The translations under genes and the position numbers were made by a program. The notes below the pieces were generated by a model, which had not been told where the DNA came from, searched no databases, and saw only the letters and a list, made by a program, of their open reading frames with translations. A stretch of 57,364 nt of DNA from Polymyxa betae A26-41 (taxonomy: Eukaryota; Protista; Endomyxa: Phytomyxea): the NCBI GenBank assembly GCA_003693705.1, contig RBZT01000536.1:1-57364 (forward strand). Direction: 5' to 3'. Shown in pieces: positions 34,072 through 47,720 of the stretch (the first letter of the stretch is position 1; each line of letters starts with the position of its first letter).

Positions 34072-37000
34072 CGAGCTAAGAATCACGAATGACGAATACA
34101 GCCAACCAACAGATACACTGAAATTCAGAAAGAGCCATTTAAGGCTCACGTCATCGTTAATGGAACGCGAGTTCAAGCTTCGAAGTTAGAATTCTCAACG
34201 AAGGTCTTCGAGCAAAGGGTTGCTTATTGAGGCTACACGAGCCAGTTTTGGCTCGCACCCTTTTACCGACGAAACTGCCAATAGTTGCAGTTGCAGCACC
34301 GGTCTGAACAGGCACTTGGAACAGCAGCATCATTGATAATTCGTAAGCATGAAAACTCGAGCACGGCCGACATTCCAGTACGTTAAAAAATCTTTAGAAG
34401 ATGCTTGTTAACAGATCGATCATGACGAATGGTCGCTTTGCACATCACTTCGACAGCAGTCAGCATCGTTAGGATAACAACTGCAATGAAGAGCAGCAGG
34501 GTTCCCACGACAGACATTGCAACATCGGCAACATTGGTTGCTTGCTGTGTAGATGATGGATCAGACACATAGATCAGAACGACACTCCAAACTTGTATCG
34601 CCTAATGACCACACTACTCTGATGACAACACTACATAATCATTAGCAGAGTGATGAGGAATGACCGTTTTCAGCCAGGCTATGTTCTGCTGAACGCGGCC
34701 TTTCATTCATTCATTTGGATTTTTGTCTGTGCTCCGATCCGATCACGACTCTCTTCACCATTCGTTGCTGATCAAACTATCACCACCCATACTTGACCTA
34801 ACCAAACGCAGGCGACGCCGAGAAGAACAATCGGTATGGTTAGTCGAATACAGAATAATCACTGATCATCCGAAAACCAATGCCTTGCTTCAATTGATTG
34901 TTTGATGAAGCAGTTGAAGTATTTGAAGAGGTCATTTTACCAGAACAGGCTGAAAAGATTTTCAGACCACCGGAAAATTCGAAGTTGACAGAATCAGTTA
35001 AAACTATTCCGTTTCAGATACTTCTACAGATGGTTCACTTTTGGACGATATTCTAGACATCGCAAATTCGGGAAATCATTGCAGAACCCGTTTGGAACGA
35101 TCACTGTTGATAGCATAAATTGATCACATCTCTAGCAATTTTCGACATCCGTTTGTCGACTTTTAAAAGGGCTAGCGAATCCTATTTCTTGTAGCTGATT
35201 AGAGACCTGATCACGTACTTTCAAATGTTTATACCTTGATGGATCAGGTCTTGCTGTAACATCTCGTCAATGGCGATGCTCAGATGGAAATAAAGATTTT
35301 ATGTGTCCGATTCTAAATATTGCAGATCAACATCACTACTTTCCCTGGATTACAACTGCAGGGGTTAAATCAAGGAACCAACCCCAAGGAATCTCAATTC
35401 TGGATATCTCACAACGTTTAAACTAATCGTACCTTGAAGTTGCTTTCACATATATTTCGGTCCAACTGATACCAGCCTTCCCTCGAAATCCCAAATGGTC
35501 ATATCATTCTGGAGATGTTGCTTACATGGGGCAGCACGGCTGCCACCCAATGGCAGATGACTGATGTTTCCGCCTGAGAAAAACATGCCTTTAGATGTGT
35601 AATACGCTCCTATTGCCAACCATATATAATCAATGATGAACGTGCTCATTCAGTGATGTTCTCAAAAGGAACTTGTTTTGAATCATGTGTTAAGATGCGA
35701 CCAGATAGGATCTCGCAAGCTTTAACGTGTTCAGAGGTCAATCCGCTGCAACTCAGGGAAATGTTTCTTCTTTTCAGCCGAGAATGATCCATGGAACGAT
35801 GTTGCTTGGAAGCCTGGGCAGCACACAGCTGTTGATCAGCAACTATTTCGAATCTACCTATATTGATGGAGCAAGACGAACGGAATCCTCCATTGTAAAC
35901 GTTTGGCGTCTTGAAATGGGACGCCCTGGTCAGCTAATTACTGTAAGATCGCCTTCGATGAGCTTGCTGCAACGGAAAGCGGCAGCACGAATGCCTCGGA
36001 TGCTGATTTGAATAAGGTAGGTGAGATCGCCTGTTTATAAGATGTGTCCTTTTCTCCCTTTCTTATTTAAGTATAGTAATCACGAAAACCTCGTTAGTGA
36101 TAGATGCTTGTCTGTTGTTCAAAAAACAAGCATGTGAATGAAAACGCCTTAAAATCCGACAACACCAGTAAACCCCATCGCTGTCTGTTCAGAAGGATTC
36201 TCAACTGGAAATCCCCAAACAAACAAACTGATTTATGTGGAAGCCGGAGAGAGATATGGTCGCGGCGGTAAAGGATATTTGCCATTACCAATCTAAAGCT
36301 ACCAGGACTAAGTTAGCATCAGGATTCGATGAAGATGTCGTCAGCCAAAGGACGATGGGTGACTCTTCAAAGCAAGCATGCGTTTGAATGATAAACACGC
36401 TTTCGAAATCTCATATTTCTGAATCCGAAAGACAAAGCAGCTACAGCATTCGGAAATAGGAGCATATGCTGTCCAGATCTTCATTATCAAATGAGAAAGC
36501 AATTCACAAACGCACAATGACATAAAAGGTATTTTGATTTCAAGTTGGTTATCTACTATACAAACTTGAGATTGATCAGAAAATGAATGTTTTGCATTTA
36601 TATTGCTTGCTCTCTACTTCGACAATGCATTCGTCGGCGACGCTCGCGCTTGAAGGCCGATCGGTCACGGTCGATTTCGTCATCAAGTGCCAGTTTGAGA
36701 TTGTTATGATTGTGGTTAAACAGTAGTTCATGGGAATCCTCTGTTCGAACAAGGCTATGAATTGGCAGCGTCAATAATGCCTGCTCTGTCCCCAATACTA
36801 TTCCAAACTGAATAATCTGCTCGGTGGACTCTGTTCTACCTGGTTGGCGTAGAAACATGTTCAACCACAAGCAAATTCTTACTTCAAATCGGCAACATTT
36901 TTGATTATGGGTTGATCTTACCTGATACGAATCAGCTATTGTTGAATTTTTCAATCGAATTAGGTTTGCCTTTCACAGTGACCACAATGGCCACCTTGAC

Positions 37001-40000
37001 GCCAGATTTGAAAGGAGTGCTTTCGGTGTGTTTGAGGGCGTTGGCTCGAGTATCATTCAAGTCTTGGGTAATCATCAATTCGACTACAAGAACAGGGTAT
37101 TAAAGAATAGTCAAAGAAGTATTTGTGTTGATATTTTAGGGCTTACAAGATATCTTGAACTGCCAAAGCGAAAAAGTGAAGACAAACGTCAGGCCTGGAT
37201 TCAATTCGATTTTCCGAGATAAACCTAAATGGATGTCAAGAGATGGTCAAAATCGAAGCATAACGACAACTTTCTGTTTGATAACAAAGGAACATCGATA
37301 ATGCAGCCAATTTTGAAATGTTTCTCCTTTTAAATTCATCTCGTGTGGGCAAAACTTTGCCAGGCTTAACGATGAAAACGAGACTCAGACATTGGAATGA
37401 TAATATCGGAACTACGATGGATTGCTTTCATGAAGTTCAATGGGAACAAACAAGCTTTAATAGGTCAACACTTCGACTCTTCATGTCGCCAGTATGCTGC
37501 TGGAATTGTTGAATTGATTGGCATGGAAATAATGACAAAAATCAGCGATAATGGAACATGGCAATTTGCTGCCAGGAGTGTTAGTTTGGTACACGTTTGG
37601 TTACTCGATGAGCCGACAGAATTTGTCCATATTAACGCGAACTTCTGCTTTGATAACGTTGTCATTATGGAGGTCAACCAGATCCATAGCACCGATGTTT
37701 TCGCTGGTGGGCAGTAATGAGAGCGACTTTCATAAACCCAGAAGCCTTGAAAACAGCCTAACGAAGGCTTTATTCGAGTAATGCTTACCGAATTTGATGC
37801 AATTACCGGAGCAGTGCCTTTTATGGATTCAAGCTTCGTACCTGACGATTCCAATACGAAGACAATGCTTTTGACAAACCCGAATCGGTTTGTTTGCCAA
37901 ACACGAAGTGCTCACCTGAGCTTCTCCTCTCCGATCTCAGTCTTGTTCCAATGTTCGTTCATCAGTATGTGTTTTTGCCATCCAGGCTACAGTTAGTTCA
38001 ACATCTACCGATAGAGCCATTGCGATCAGGAAACTGTTTTCCGCTTTCACCATGATAGTTCCATTAACCATCATGCATCTCTTGGTGCAATTTGAAACTA
38101 AGATTCGAAAGTTAGCTTCAAACAGAGCACGTCTTCCAGATCTGCTAAGAATGTTATTGATGTAGAGGAAACAATTGCATGTAAATATGCCAGAAAGGCA
38201 GCTTCTCCTGTGGTCTTAACTCAGCAGACAGGCCTCACAAAGACCAACTCGTGAATCTTTTACATGTGACGCAGCCAGATGTTGGCGAAGGAAGCCGTCA
38301 GCGTAAAGGATGCAAAGCAATTCTGTCACAACATTATTCGAACGAACGAATCAGCTTTGAAATCGGACGTCCTGAGCAGTACAAAGATGATATCCAGCGA
38401 ATCTTGGGCCTTATAGTATGACAACACACTCTTTTTGGTTAAATCAGCAAATAGGTCGAATCAAATCCAATCCATTCCAAAAAAGCTTATCATTCTTCGA
38501 GCAGTAAACGGATCCGCCATCTGGTTCTGATAGGAAGCTCGATTGGGGCTGCACTGACGATTGTATGGCTTCAATTTGCAGCTGCCATGAAGCGGTTGAG
38601 TATACTGAGCTGACATTAAGAAATTGGTGGATACTGTTATCACAAACACCAACATTTGTGTAAGAAAGTTATTTGACGATTGTTGTTACTGGAAGACATA
38701 TCGAAGTATGCAGGAAAGCGAATAAAGATGATAGACTGAAACGGTCATGAGGCTTTAGACGATTCCGATTAGACCAAGGCCAGATATTTTAAGAGGCATT
38801 AGAATGACAACCATTGGTGCCGATCAAAATATGGCTTCGTTAAGGAGCTCAGCGAAGACCATCGAGACGACAATGGTAGCAGCATGCAACAGCAATCATA
38901 ATACAACTCAGAAGTCAACGTCGGTATGACGTCAATAAAGATATGTTTTAATAGGCAGGACTCTCTCTCTATCAAAGTCTAATTATATCATCTTAACAGT
39001 CAGCTTTATTGTTCTCTTTTATGCATGACAAAAATCTGATTTGTTTTTTTAGGTATTAATATGTACATATACAAGGTACAACAAACAGACAAAAGGCTGC
39101 TTTTGCGATTCGGAACAGCCCAAGGAGCCCGCATGTCAATAGAAAACGAAAGGCACGACGATCCGATGGAGCTAGAAAATAGTAGAAAAATTGAATATCT
39201 CACAAAGGCCAACAAGTTGATGGGAATTCAAACTCAATTGAGATATTTAAAAGAATATTGTTTTCCTATTTCTGCCATTATGAGAAATAAAAAAAACTTC
39301 CTTCAACAAAAAAAACTTACAGATGAAAGGTTTTCTGCACTTTGGTTCTTGTTATTCAAACTGAAGATTTGAATACAATCGCGGATTGATTAGTTCGGAA
39401 AATATCTAACAAAATGCCTGAAGCGGATATGTGGTTATCGGTGATTTTGAAATTCATGGTCATGAATCGTTTCTGATTATATGAATATAATCGACGTCCG
39501 ATGGCCGAGGGTGGGTAGCGATTTAAGCCGGTCTTGAGATATCAGTTCAGCATCACTCTGCAATCCATCATGTAGAGTGATGATCAAGCAGCAGCCTTTC
39601 GGTGTCGTCTCTGATTTAGCTGTCACTGGCGCCATCATACAATCTGATCATGGTCTTAACATGATGCTGTTTGTCATGATGCTGCCGCCGGAAGCTATAC
39701 TCTATTAGTACGATGGCATCGGAAGGCTTATCGTGGTTGTCAATCGGGCCTTGTTTGTGATGATTCGGGAATTTTGCAATCGGGCGAGCCAGTTGCTGGT
39801 TCGCTCAATATGATGTCGATGGGCGCTCCATCGACATGGCGGGCGGCGGGCGTAAGCGCTCGAGTTTCCAGTCTGCGATAGCAGATTGGATTGGCGGACG
39901 AAAGTCTCGCGCTGATGGTGTCGTATGGCGACACGATCTGCACTGGCGGAGGAACGGATTCCCCGCTGTTGGTGTCGTATGGCGACACGTGTGAGCGATA

Positions 40001-40098
40001 ATGTCGCTCTGTATGGTCTGCTGCTGATGGCGGCGGACATGTTGGTCTGCTTCATGTCGAGAAATCGGCATGGAGTTGGGCTTGGTGAACGGTCTGGT

Positions 40099-40320
40099 GG
40101 CGGGATATTAAGTTATCTCCCTCGATCGCTGGTGGATGTTAAATCATCTACCTTTTGGCGGATATTAAGTTATCTGCCATGATCGCAGGTGGTTGTCAAA
40201 TCACTACCTGTTGTTATATCCCATGAGTGCTGGTTGATGTTAAATCATCTACCTGTTATATCCCACGAATGCTGGTGGATAATTCATCTACCTTCTGGCA
40301 TATATTAAGTTATCTGCCGC
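40099..40320 (+). repeat. Degenerate minisatellite
   Basis: Recurring blocks gctggt(g/t)gatgttaaatcatctacc and atattaagttatct. Confidence 0.8.
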
Positions 40321-41435
40321 TCTATGTCATACCTGCTCGCGAAGGTATGGCAAAGCAAATTTTCCCGAAGAATCCCTACAAGGTCGCTGTCAAGGTTAAA
40401 CCCCTTTCTTGACTGACGGCGATGCTTCCCACCTGACAACTACATGCTGATTCAGATTGGGCTGCTTAAGCCGGCGATTGTAACCCAGCAAAGAAGGCGA
40501 ACGTGATAGTGATTTGACGCGCCCAGATCCGGTGCTCTCACGTTGATCGTTTTTGTGCTCTATTTGCCGTTGCCATAACACACACATTGGCGACTTTGGG
40601 CTATCCGATTGCCGGCTATGATGGAACCGGCCAATAAATATCTTTTGCTTTTGGCCAATCATTTTGTTCAATCTTGGTAGAAGTATTGTCGGGCTGCAAT
40701 CAGAGTAGAACTACTATTTCAGAGTAATCTTGGTTCTAAGAGCAACAGTGAGAGTAGCTGCTTAAACTTTGCTGATCATTAGTCTCAGTATCAGCTTGCA
40801 GTTGAAACTATCAACTTCCCTATCAATACACAGTTTCAGCTTGGTTACCAATATAAACAATGCTTGCTTAGCAATAGTACCTGTTTCATTTGGCTATCAG
40901 TAAAAGCTGCTTCAAAGCCTGAAACTGTATCGGGAAGAGCCAAAACACATGAACTATGTAGCTGTCATTCTGTGTGCCATCAGATCGAATTTGCAGCTGA
41001 GCTCTGAAGGCCAAATGCAGTACTGAATCTCTCCGGCTAAGCAATCTGGTTCCATCTGTCTGAAAAGGCGAATGTATGCCGTTGCCTAAGTCCTTTGCTT
41101 AAAAACGAACGGAGCCAGCAAAGGCAAACACATCATAAAAAACTAGACGGGTTCCATTAATCTCCCGCCCTGATTCAATATCAAGCATAACTACGTAACA
41201 ATTAGATGGCGCTGGTGGCAAAGAGAACCTTGATAGATGAATAGAATATCATGGTTCTCTTATCCAAGTGAGCTCTCTCTTAGGGAGAAATCAGAGATAT
41301 CACTCATTTAGGGTTTTGTTATGTTTGAGAAAGTGGAGTGTTAGAGAGTGAGCTGTAGCTGGACGCAGTTTACGTCACGCACCATGGCCTCATTGATTAC
41401 ATTGCCTTTATCCTCATTATAACATCTTCGAGGTC

Positions 41436-42039
41436 ATGTCGTCAGTCAACAGGTACTCAGACATCCCCCCGATTGACATTCTGATCGTCCTTATTCATGC
41501 CATAGGCTCGCTCGCTGTTTGCGCCGTGTTGCGTTTGTAAGGCCATTGACTACGACCGCTGTGACCTCGTCAAACTCCTCCGCGAAACTTGAGAAGATTG
41601 TCGATGAGATCGCCCAGCTCAACCTTATGGAGGTATACAATATCTTTGGTATTGGTTTCCTATCTGTTTGAAGTCCTAACAATTGTTATTTACGCAGGTC
41701 TCTGAATTTGTCAAGATCTTGAAAACCCGTCTGGATATTCCGGATATGATGGCAGCCCCAATGATGATGGCTGGCGGTCCAACCACCGCCGCTGCAGCTG
41801 ACGAAGCTCCAGCTGTTGCTGAGAAGACATCGTTCACTATCAAGCTGACCGGATTCGATGCGGTTAATAAAGTGAAGACCATTAAAGAGGTGCGAGCCAT
41901 TACGAAATTGGGCTTGAAGGAGGCTAAGGCTCTGGTCGAGTCGGCACCATGCGATATCCTTAAGGATATCAACAAGGCAGACGCTGAAGCTATCATACAG
42001 CAGCTGAAGGATGCCGGGGCACAGGTTGAACTAGTATAA
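41436..42039 (+). CDS. MRPL12: Mitochondrial ribosomal protein L7/L12 (bL12m), 3 exons
   Basis: Arg-rich presequence MSSVNRLARCLRRVAFVRPL. LEKIVDEIAQLNLMEVSE, then EKTSFTIKL..KVKTIKEVRAITKLGLKEAKALVESAP..AGAQVELV. Confidence 0.92.
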
Positions 42040-42231
42040 TACACGGGCATGATATCTCCATGCAATCTGTGAATTCAGAAGTCTGGCTGAATGTCTCTCT
42101 CCTTTTCATGTTGGTCTAATTCTATTCACCACCTTCCAGAATTCGTCGCCTTTTGTGAAAAAAATACTTTCGGGAACCCAAAAATGCGCAGCAAATTCAG
42201 CCGATTTCACTGAAAGTGCTTTCGCAGCCAT

Positions 42232-42982
42232 ATGGCATCTGGCAGCAGCGGCTTGGTCGTTCAGTATGGTTCATCGTCAGACGAAGACGTCAATGACGAT
42301 CGAATAGATCAAGATGACGAGCGCGATGAGCAGGTGGCGCCAAAGTCGAATGCAGTATCGGATGCCGAGAAGGATTTGCTGCCTGCATCGCCGGATGGCC
42401 CTGCTGACCCGTATGTCCAAGAGAATATTCGACAATGCATCGAGCATCAAAAGAAGGGATACGATTTCAATTCATCACTGAAGGCGCACGAGAGTTTTGG
42501 CAATCCGTATATATTTGAAACTGTGGCTAAGGTTTGGCTAACTTCACAACGGCTGTTTTCCAACTTTACAATTTATTTGCTGTCTTGAGACTCGTCTTGC
42601 AATACAGACTTCTCATTACGACAGTTTCTTGTTTTGTATTTGTTTATTTGCTGTTTGTTTTGATTTCTGAGCTGCGTTTTTCCAGATTTACAAAATTGAC
42701 GAGAACGGCACAAATATGCCCAAGCATATCTATAACCCGCATCGCTGGCAGGCTCAAGATTTCTTTCAGGCACTCTCCAAGAAGCGGTCTATGATTGAGG
42801 CTGCACAGCAGGAAGCGATGAGACAACGTGTCGTTGCTCAGCAACAGACTAATTTGAGGAATCTTCAGTTCCCATCTGCAGGCGCTGTCGCCGCCGCTTC
42901 TCCTGTCGCTGTCGACCCTCACATTAGAGCAAAGATTCGCGAGCAGCAGCTCAAAATCGCCAAACATCTTGCCAAGAAATAG
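42232..42982 (+). CDS. SAP30BP: SAP30-binding protein / HCNGP-like, 2 exons
   Basis: LVVQYGSSSDED at the N-terminus. FNSSLKAHESFGNPYIFE joined across an intron to IDENGTNMPKHIYNPHRW. Confidence 0.8.
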
Positions 42983-43051
42983 CTTTATAATTATATTGTG
43001 TAAAGAGCAGAGAAAACGGTCGTCATCGGCCATACTCGCCCTGGTCTACAT

Positions 43052-46000
43052 CTAAACAGCCGTTGCTGGCGAATGTCCCGAGACATCCTCGCCATGTGAT
43101 GGGATTACAACAGTTGCCGCTCCTAATAGCATTGGACATTTCGAGTTACTTTTCGTGTGTCCGATCTGTTTACAGCGCGAACACCGAACTGTGATCGCCT
43201 TCTTGGTCGTCGCCAGCTTTACAGTCAACGCCTCAGCTTGAGGGGCCAAAGGCGTTCTGAACATCGCTGATGGCGCTGGAACGAACGGGACGTCCAGGCC
43301 TATCACCACCGGTGGCACGATCGTGCTAGCAGCGCGTTCCAGCTGCTTTTTGCTTCCTTTTGGGCGCCCTCGCTTCTTTGATTCAGGCGGTGGTAGCGTT
43401 GGCGTTTTCCGCGGCGGCAAGACTTCGTGGGCGGCTGGATGCCCTCGACGACGTTTCTTGCTGCCGAGACGCAATCGAGCCTTATCTTTAGCTACAGGCA
43501 TTGGTCTCTCGGCGCACATTGCATTGAACTTTTGCCGATCGTGCAGGAAGGCGTCGATCAGTTTCTCATCATCAATCATGACCACGGTCATTGTCGTTTC
43601 ACCATTAATCTGATTCAATGCCGTCACCGTTTTCTTCAAGCGTCGTCGTAGGACGGTCTTCTTTCTCTTCTCAATTGTAGCTTCAACTTTATCTTTGACT
43701 GGCTCGGCGTTCTTCTTCTGCTTCATCCATTTATCGTATTCAACTGCATCATCATCCTTCAGCTCGGTCTCCATCATTGATTCGAGATCCTTCGCCCATT
43801 CTTCCATCTCGTCGATCTCCTCATCATCTTCCGGCTTCACCTCCGGCTCCTGTGTGCTACCAATAAACGCGACCTGCTTCTCCAGAACCCTTTGCGCGTC
43901 TTTCAGAAACTGAGCCGCCTGGGTCCGATAGGTATTTCTCTGACTTCGTGCGAATCGCGACCATTCGTTGTCTTGTCCATCACGTGCAGCCTCCGTTGCT
44001 TTCAACCGCACGAGGTCGACCCGTTCCCAACGCAGCAGTTTATCAATGCGCTCTTGCGGAACGCCGAATGATAACAGAACGTCCCGAAGGCCGTTCATGT
44101 CGAGCTTGCGAAGATCTTTGTTGGTTCCTGTTAGGGCGCTAGTTGGTCCCAATTTCTCCTCGATCGGATCGGGTTCAGCACGTGTCGGTGCTCGTAAATA
44201 ACACAGACCGGAACCGGGCGCGATTGGGTTTCCAGGGCCCTTCAACCGCAGCAAACAAACGCCTTTAACCGCGGATAGGAAATTATTCGACAGGTTCCAG
44301 GGCGTCATCCGAGTCTGTTGTTCCACGTAGAGCGCGGCACGTTTCAGCGGATGTTCGGATGCCATTCGTGCGATGAAGACACGTTCAGCGGCTGTTAACG
44401 TCGCCAACAATTCAATCCCGAACTGATCTTTAAGAGCCTGTCTACCGGCTTCCATTCGGTCATACGCGCACATAGCCTCGGGTGTGACCATCTCCCATAA
44501 CGCCGACTCTCTCATAGGTGGTTTATCAACTCGTGGCGTCCACCATCCGCTCAAATCGCCACTGCGCTGGAACTCGGCGACCTCCTTCAGCTTGGCACGA
44601 ATCGCGGTCTCGCTCTGTCCCGGGAACGCCGCGAACACCTCCGCGATTTGCAATGCTCCGGTGCTCTGCAGCCGCCGATGCATATAGACCGTTAGACGAC
44701 GTTTCATGAAGGATGACGCTGCCCGACTGTTTGGGGCCGGTACTTCCATCTTCGGCTGAATCTGACCAGCAACGTAACTGGGTGGTAACTCATGCAGGCT
44801 GAAGGCGGAGGCAGTCGGCGACGACAGCACCATGAGAAAATCGGTGGAGCAGGAGGCGTATTGTACGACCGGGACGGCGAACATGTTGTTGTTGAGAGCC
44901 GTGACACAGAACCCGGGACGGATCTTGCCGAGAAACGGCGTCTCGTCGTCCATATCGGCCGAGACGATTCGGGTCGTACCGTGCGCCGGACGCGGCTCCC
45001 ATTTATCGCTGCCGTTACGCTGCCGATAAAACGTGACGAGCTCGGTCGCCATTCCGGTCGTTTGCATAAGCAATGGATCCGGCTCGATGTATTCGACAAG
45101 GACGAGGTTACCGTCGCGCGCCGTCACGTCACGAAGTCGCCTCGGAACGAATTTCCGTTGTTGACCGACTGCCGTCTTCAGGAAATATTCAGATTCAATA
45201 TAACAACGAGCGAATTCGAAAACAAAAATAAAAGTTTCTACCGAAAACAAACACGAACTGTTAAACATATTATACTGGCTTAGCGAAAGAAAACAATGAC
45301 AGAAAATTTATCATATTGTCTAACAGCCTAATAAATGGTACCTGCGAAAGCATTGCAGCAGCTTTGGATGACGTAGCCCGAACAGCGAGCGCCATCTTCA
45401 GGTCGAGCTTGGGTAGATGCCAATGCGACCATTGTTTCGGACTGCGATCTGTTGGGAAGAGAGACTCGATCAAGTTCTTGGCGAACAGTGCGTGCTGCAA
45501 TCCGGTCTTGCCAACAACCGCACCGAGATCGTCACGATACGCTGCATACAGCGTCCCTTGATCCAACGACACATTGAATCGCTCTTCAGACGGGCGCGAA
45601 ACAGGCTCGTCCGGCTGCGGATCGTGTTCGCCCTCGTCGAACATCATCCGGTCATCGTTAATATCGAGGAGAACCGGGACCTGGGGCGTTCTGAACCGCC
45701 CTTCATCATCCCAAAGAACATCGTCAAGCCAACGCATCGATTCTAGATCGTAATTCGGCCGAAGTCGATCCGGGGCTGATGACGTCGTTGACGGTTTCCG
45801 CTGCGGCGGTTTTCCTTCGACTTCCCCACCCCAGCAGATCGGTAACGGGTGATTGTGAGCAGGCCCAACTGGCGCCTTAAAAAGGCGGCGAAGTCGTCGC
45901 CGTAACCGGAAAGCGGCGATACGAGCTCGGCTTTGTGGAAGTGTTTGCTTCTTGCTGGGCGCGGTGTTTTCATTCAGCCAGGCGAAGGATTCAGTTTTGG

Positions 46001-47087
46001 GAGATGTTGCAGCCGCAGGCGTTTCTTGAGGCACTGTCACGGGTGCTCTCTGGGCGCTTGTATCGTCCCAACGAATGCTGCGATCCCAATCGGTCTGTTC
46101 GATGAGCGAGAACAGCGATGCGGGAAGGTAGGGGGTGACGACACCAGTCGACTGCGGCTTGTGGCCGACAGCAAAGCGCGGATTTGGGGCAGCACAAGCG
46201 GGTTCAACGGCCGCAGGCGACTCTGGGGCTTCAGCTTGGTCGTGTTCGTCATCGCTGCGCCATTGAAATTGAATGCAATCATCCTCGTCGGCAACCTGGT
46301 GCGATTGGTGCTTGACGATAACGCTGTCAGAGCGCCTCCTTAGTTGCAAATCCGCCTCGATGGTGGCTGGCGCGAACAGCGACGAAAATCGCAAAATCTC
46401 TTCACCATCCTCATCGATACGTAGAACATTTCGCGGGTCGATCATGACGCTATCAGGATCGAACGCATCGTCGTAGTTACTGCCTATAAGAAAATCATCA
46501 ACGGCAGTAAAAGCAGATACTGTACACTACGTTCTTCAGATGCTGAATTCAAAGTGAGCTCTGGTAAAGATAGATTCGCCTCTGGGATCACGATTTCAGA
46601 CCCTAATTTTTCGGGTTCATCATCGGCTGCAAGTTTGTAGTTTTTCGAACCATCAACATCTACAACATCATTAAGCGGTTGTGACGCAAGAGTGGTAAAA
46701 CGACCGCAAACGCGAACAAAAGCTGCAGCTAAAAGCAGTTGGAGAATGGCGACAAGAAAAGAATAAATTTGTAACTGAGCAGTCGCGACAATACTGACCA
46801 TCATTATCATAATCTTCATCGTCACTACTACTTTGATCAGGTATATTATTATCAGCATATATCTGAGCTGGTATAATACGAATATTATCCTCGACAGGCT
46901 CGGGCGATGAGCGTCGCACGAGATGGCTCAGCGCCTGAACACGATCGTTCTCGACCTGATCTCGAAAGGGCTCCGGGTATCGAAGGCGATCATCTGGATC
47001 CAGTCGTCCAGTCTCTGGCTGGATATTGCCCCAGACGAAGCCAGACATGGGCGGTCCAGCATCATCGTCATCGTCGGAAGAGGACAT
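43052..47087 (-). CDS. TAF1: TFIID subunit TAF1, multi-exon
   Basis: N-terminal GFVWGNI (TAND1-like). DUF3591 core with RFNVSLD, LVLVEYIEPDPLLM..GMAT, AGQIQPKMEVPAPNS, VTPEAMCAYDRM, TPWNLS and LTGTNKDLRKL. Zinc knuckle CSRCKQIGHTKSNSKC. Confidence 0.92.
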
Positions 47088-47197
47088 TGAGACGCGAGCG
47101 GCACGCGATCATCCCCAACCCAGAACGATCTCGAGCCAGATATTACACGACAGGATTCGGGAGATCATTCCAGATCTTTTCACATGATCATAATGAT

Positions 47198-47321
47198 AGC
47201 CTAACTCGTATAGACAGACACATGGTCCATACTATAGTGAAGTGAGGTAGTTAGTAACAGCCTAACTCGTATAGACAGACACATGGTCCATACTATATTA
47301 AAGTGAGGTAGTTTTAGTAAC
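47198..47321 (+). repeat. 61-bp tandem duplication upstream of TAF1
   Basis: agcctaactcgtatagacagacacatggtccatactata..aagtgaggtagtt..agtaac at 47198 and 47259. Confidence 0.9.
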
Positions 47322-47720
47322 ATTACATATACAGTACTCATAGAAACATAATAAGGCTGGCTTGACTTCGATGCTTTGCAGTACCATATGGAATTGCTCG
47401 AAACAAAAACATGTCGCGTGTATATTGATAAAAAAATCAGATAATCGTTGGTGGTGGGTAAGCTTGAAGCGGTAATTGCATTCAGTACCAGAATTCGAGT
47501 GAAATCCAATACATATCTCAAATCGTGGATGCTGTGAACATGTTGAATACGTAATCACCCGGTTAAAATCATTTTGCAGCATCTCTACTGGATTCTAGGG
47601 TTAGGGTTCCTTCGATTTACACTTTATGTATTTATAATTTCCGGAAACGAAAGAGAATCAGGGACGATTCTGTCTCGGGACGACTGCGTTGGAGGTTGAC
47701 TGAGTAACGTGACGACGCTG

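Noticed and set aside
40099-40320. Repeat-spacer pattern as CRISPR
   Set aside because: Units are degenerate, spacers are not unique, there are no cas genes and the context is eukaryotic.
43323-46476. Many plus-strand and alternate-frame ORFs
   Set aside because: Shadows of the GC-rich TAF1 coding sequence.
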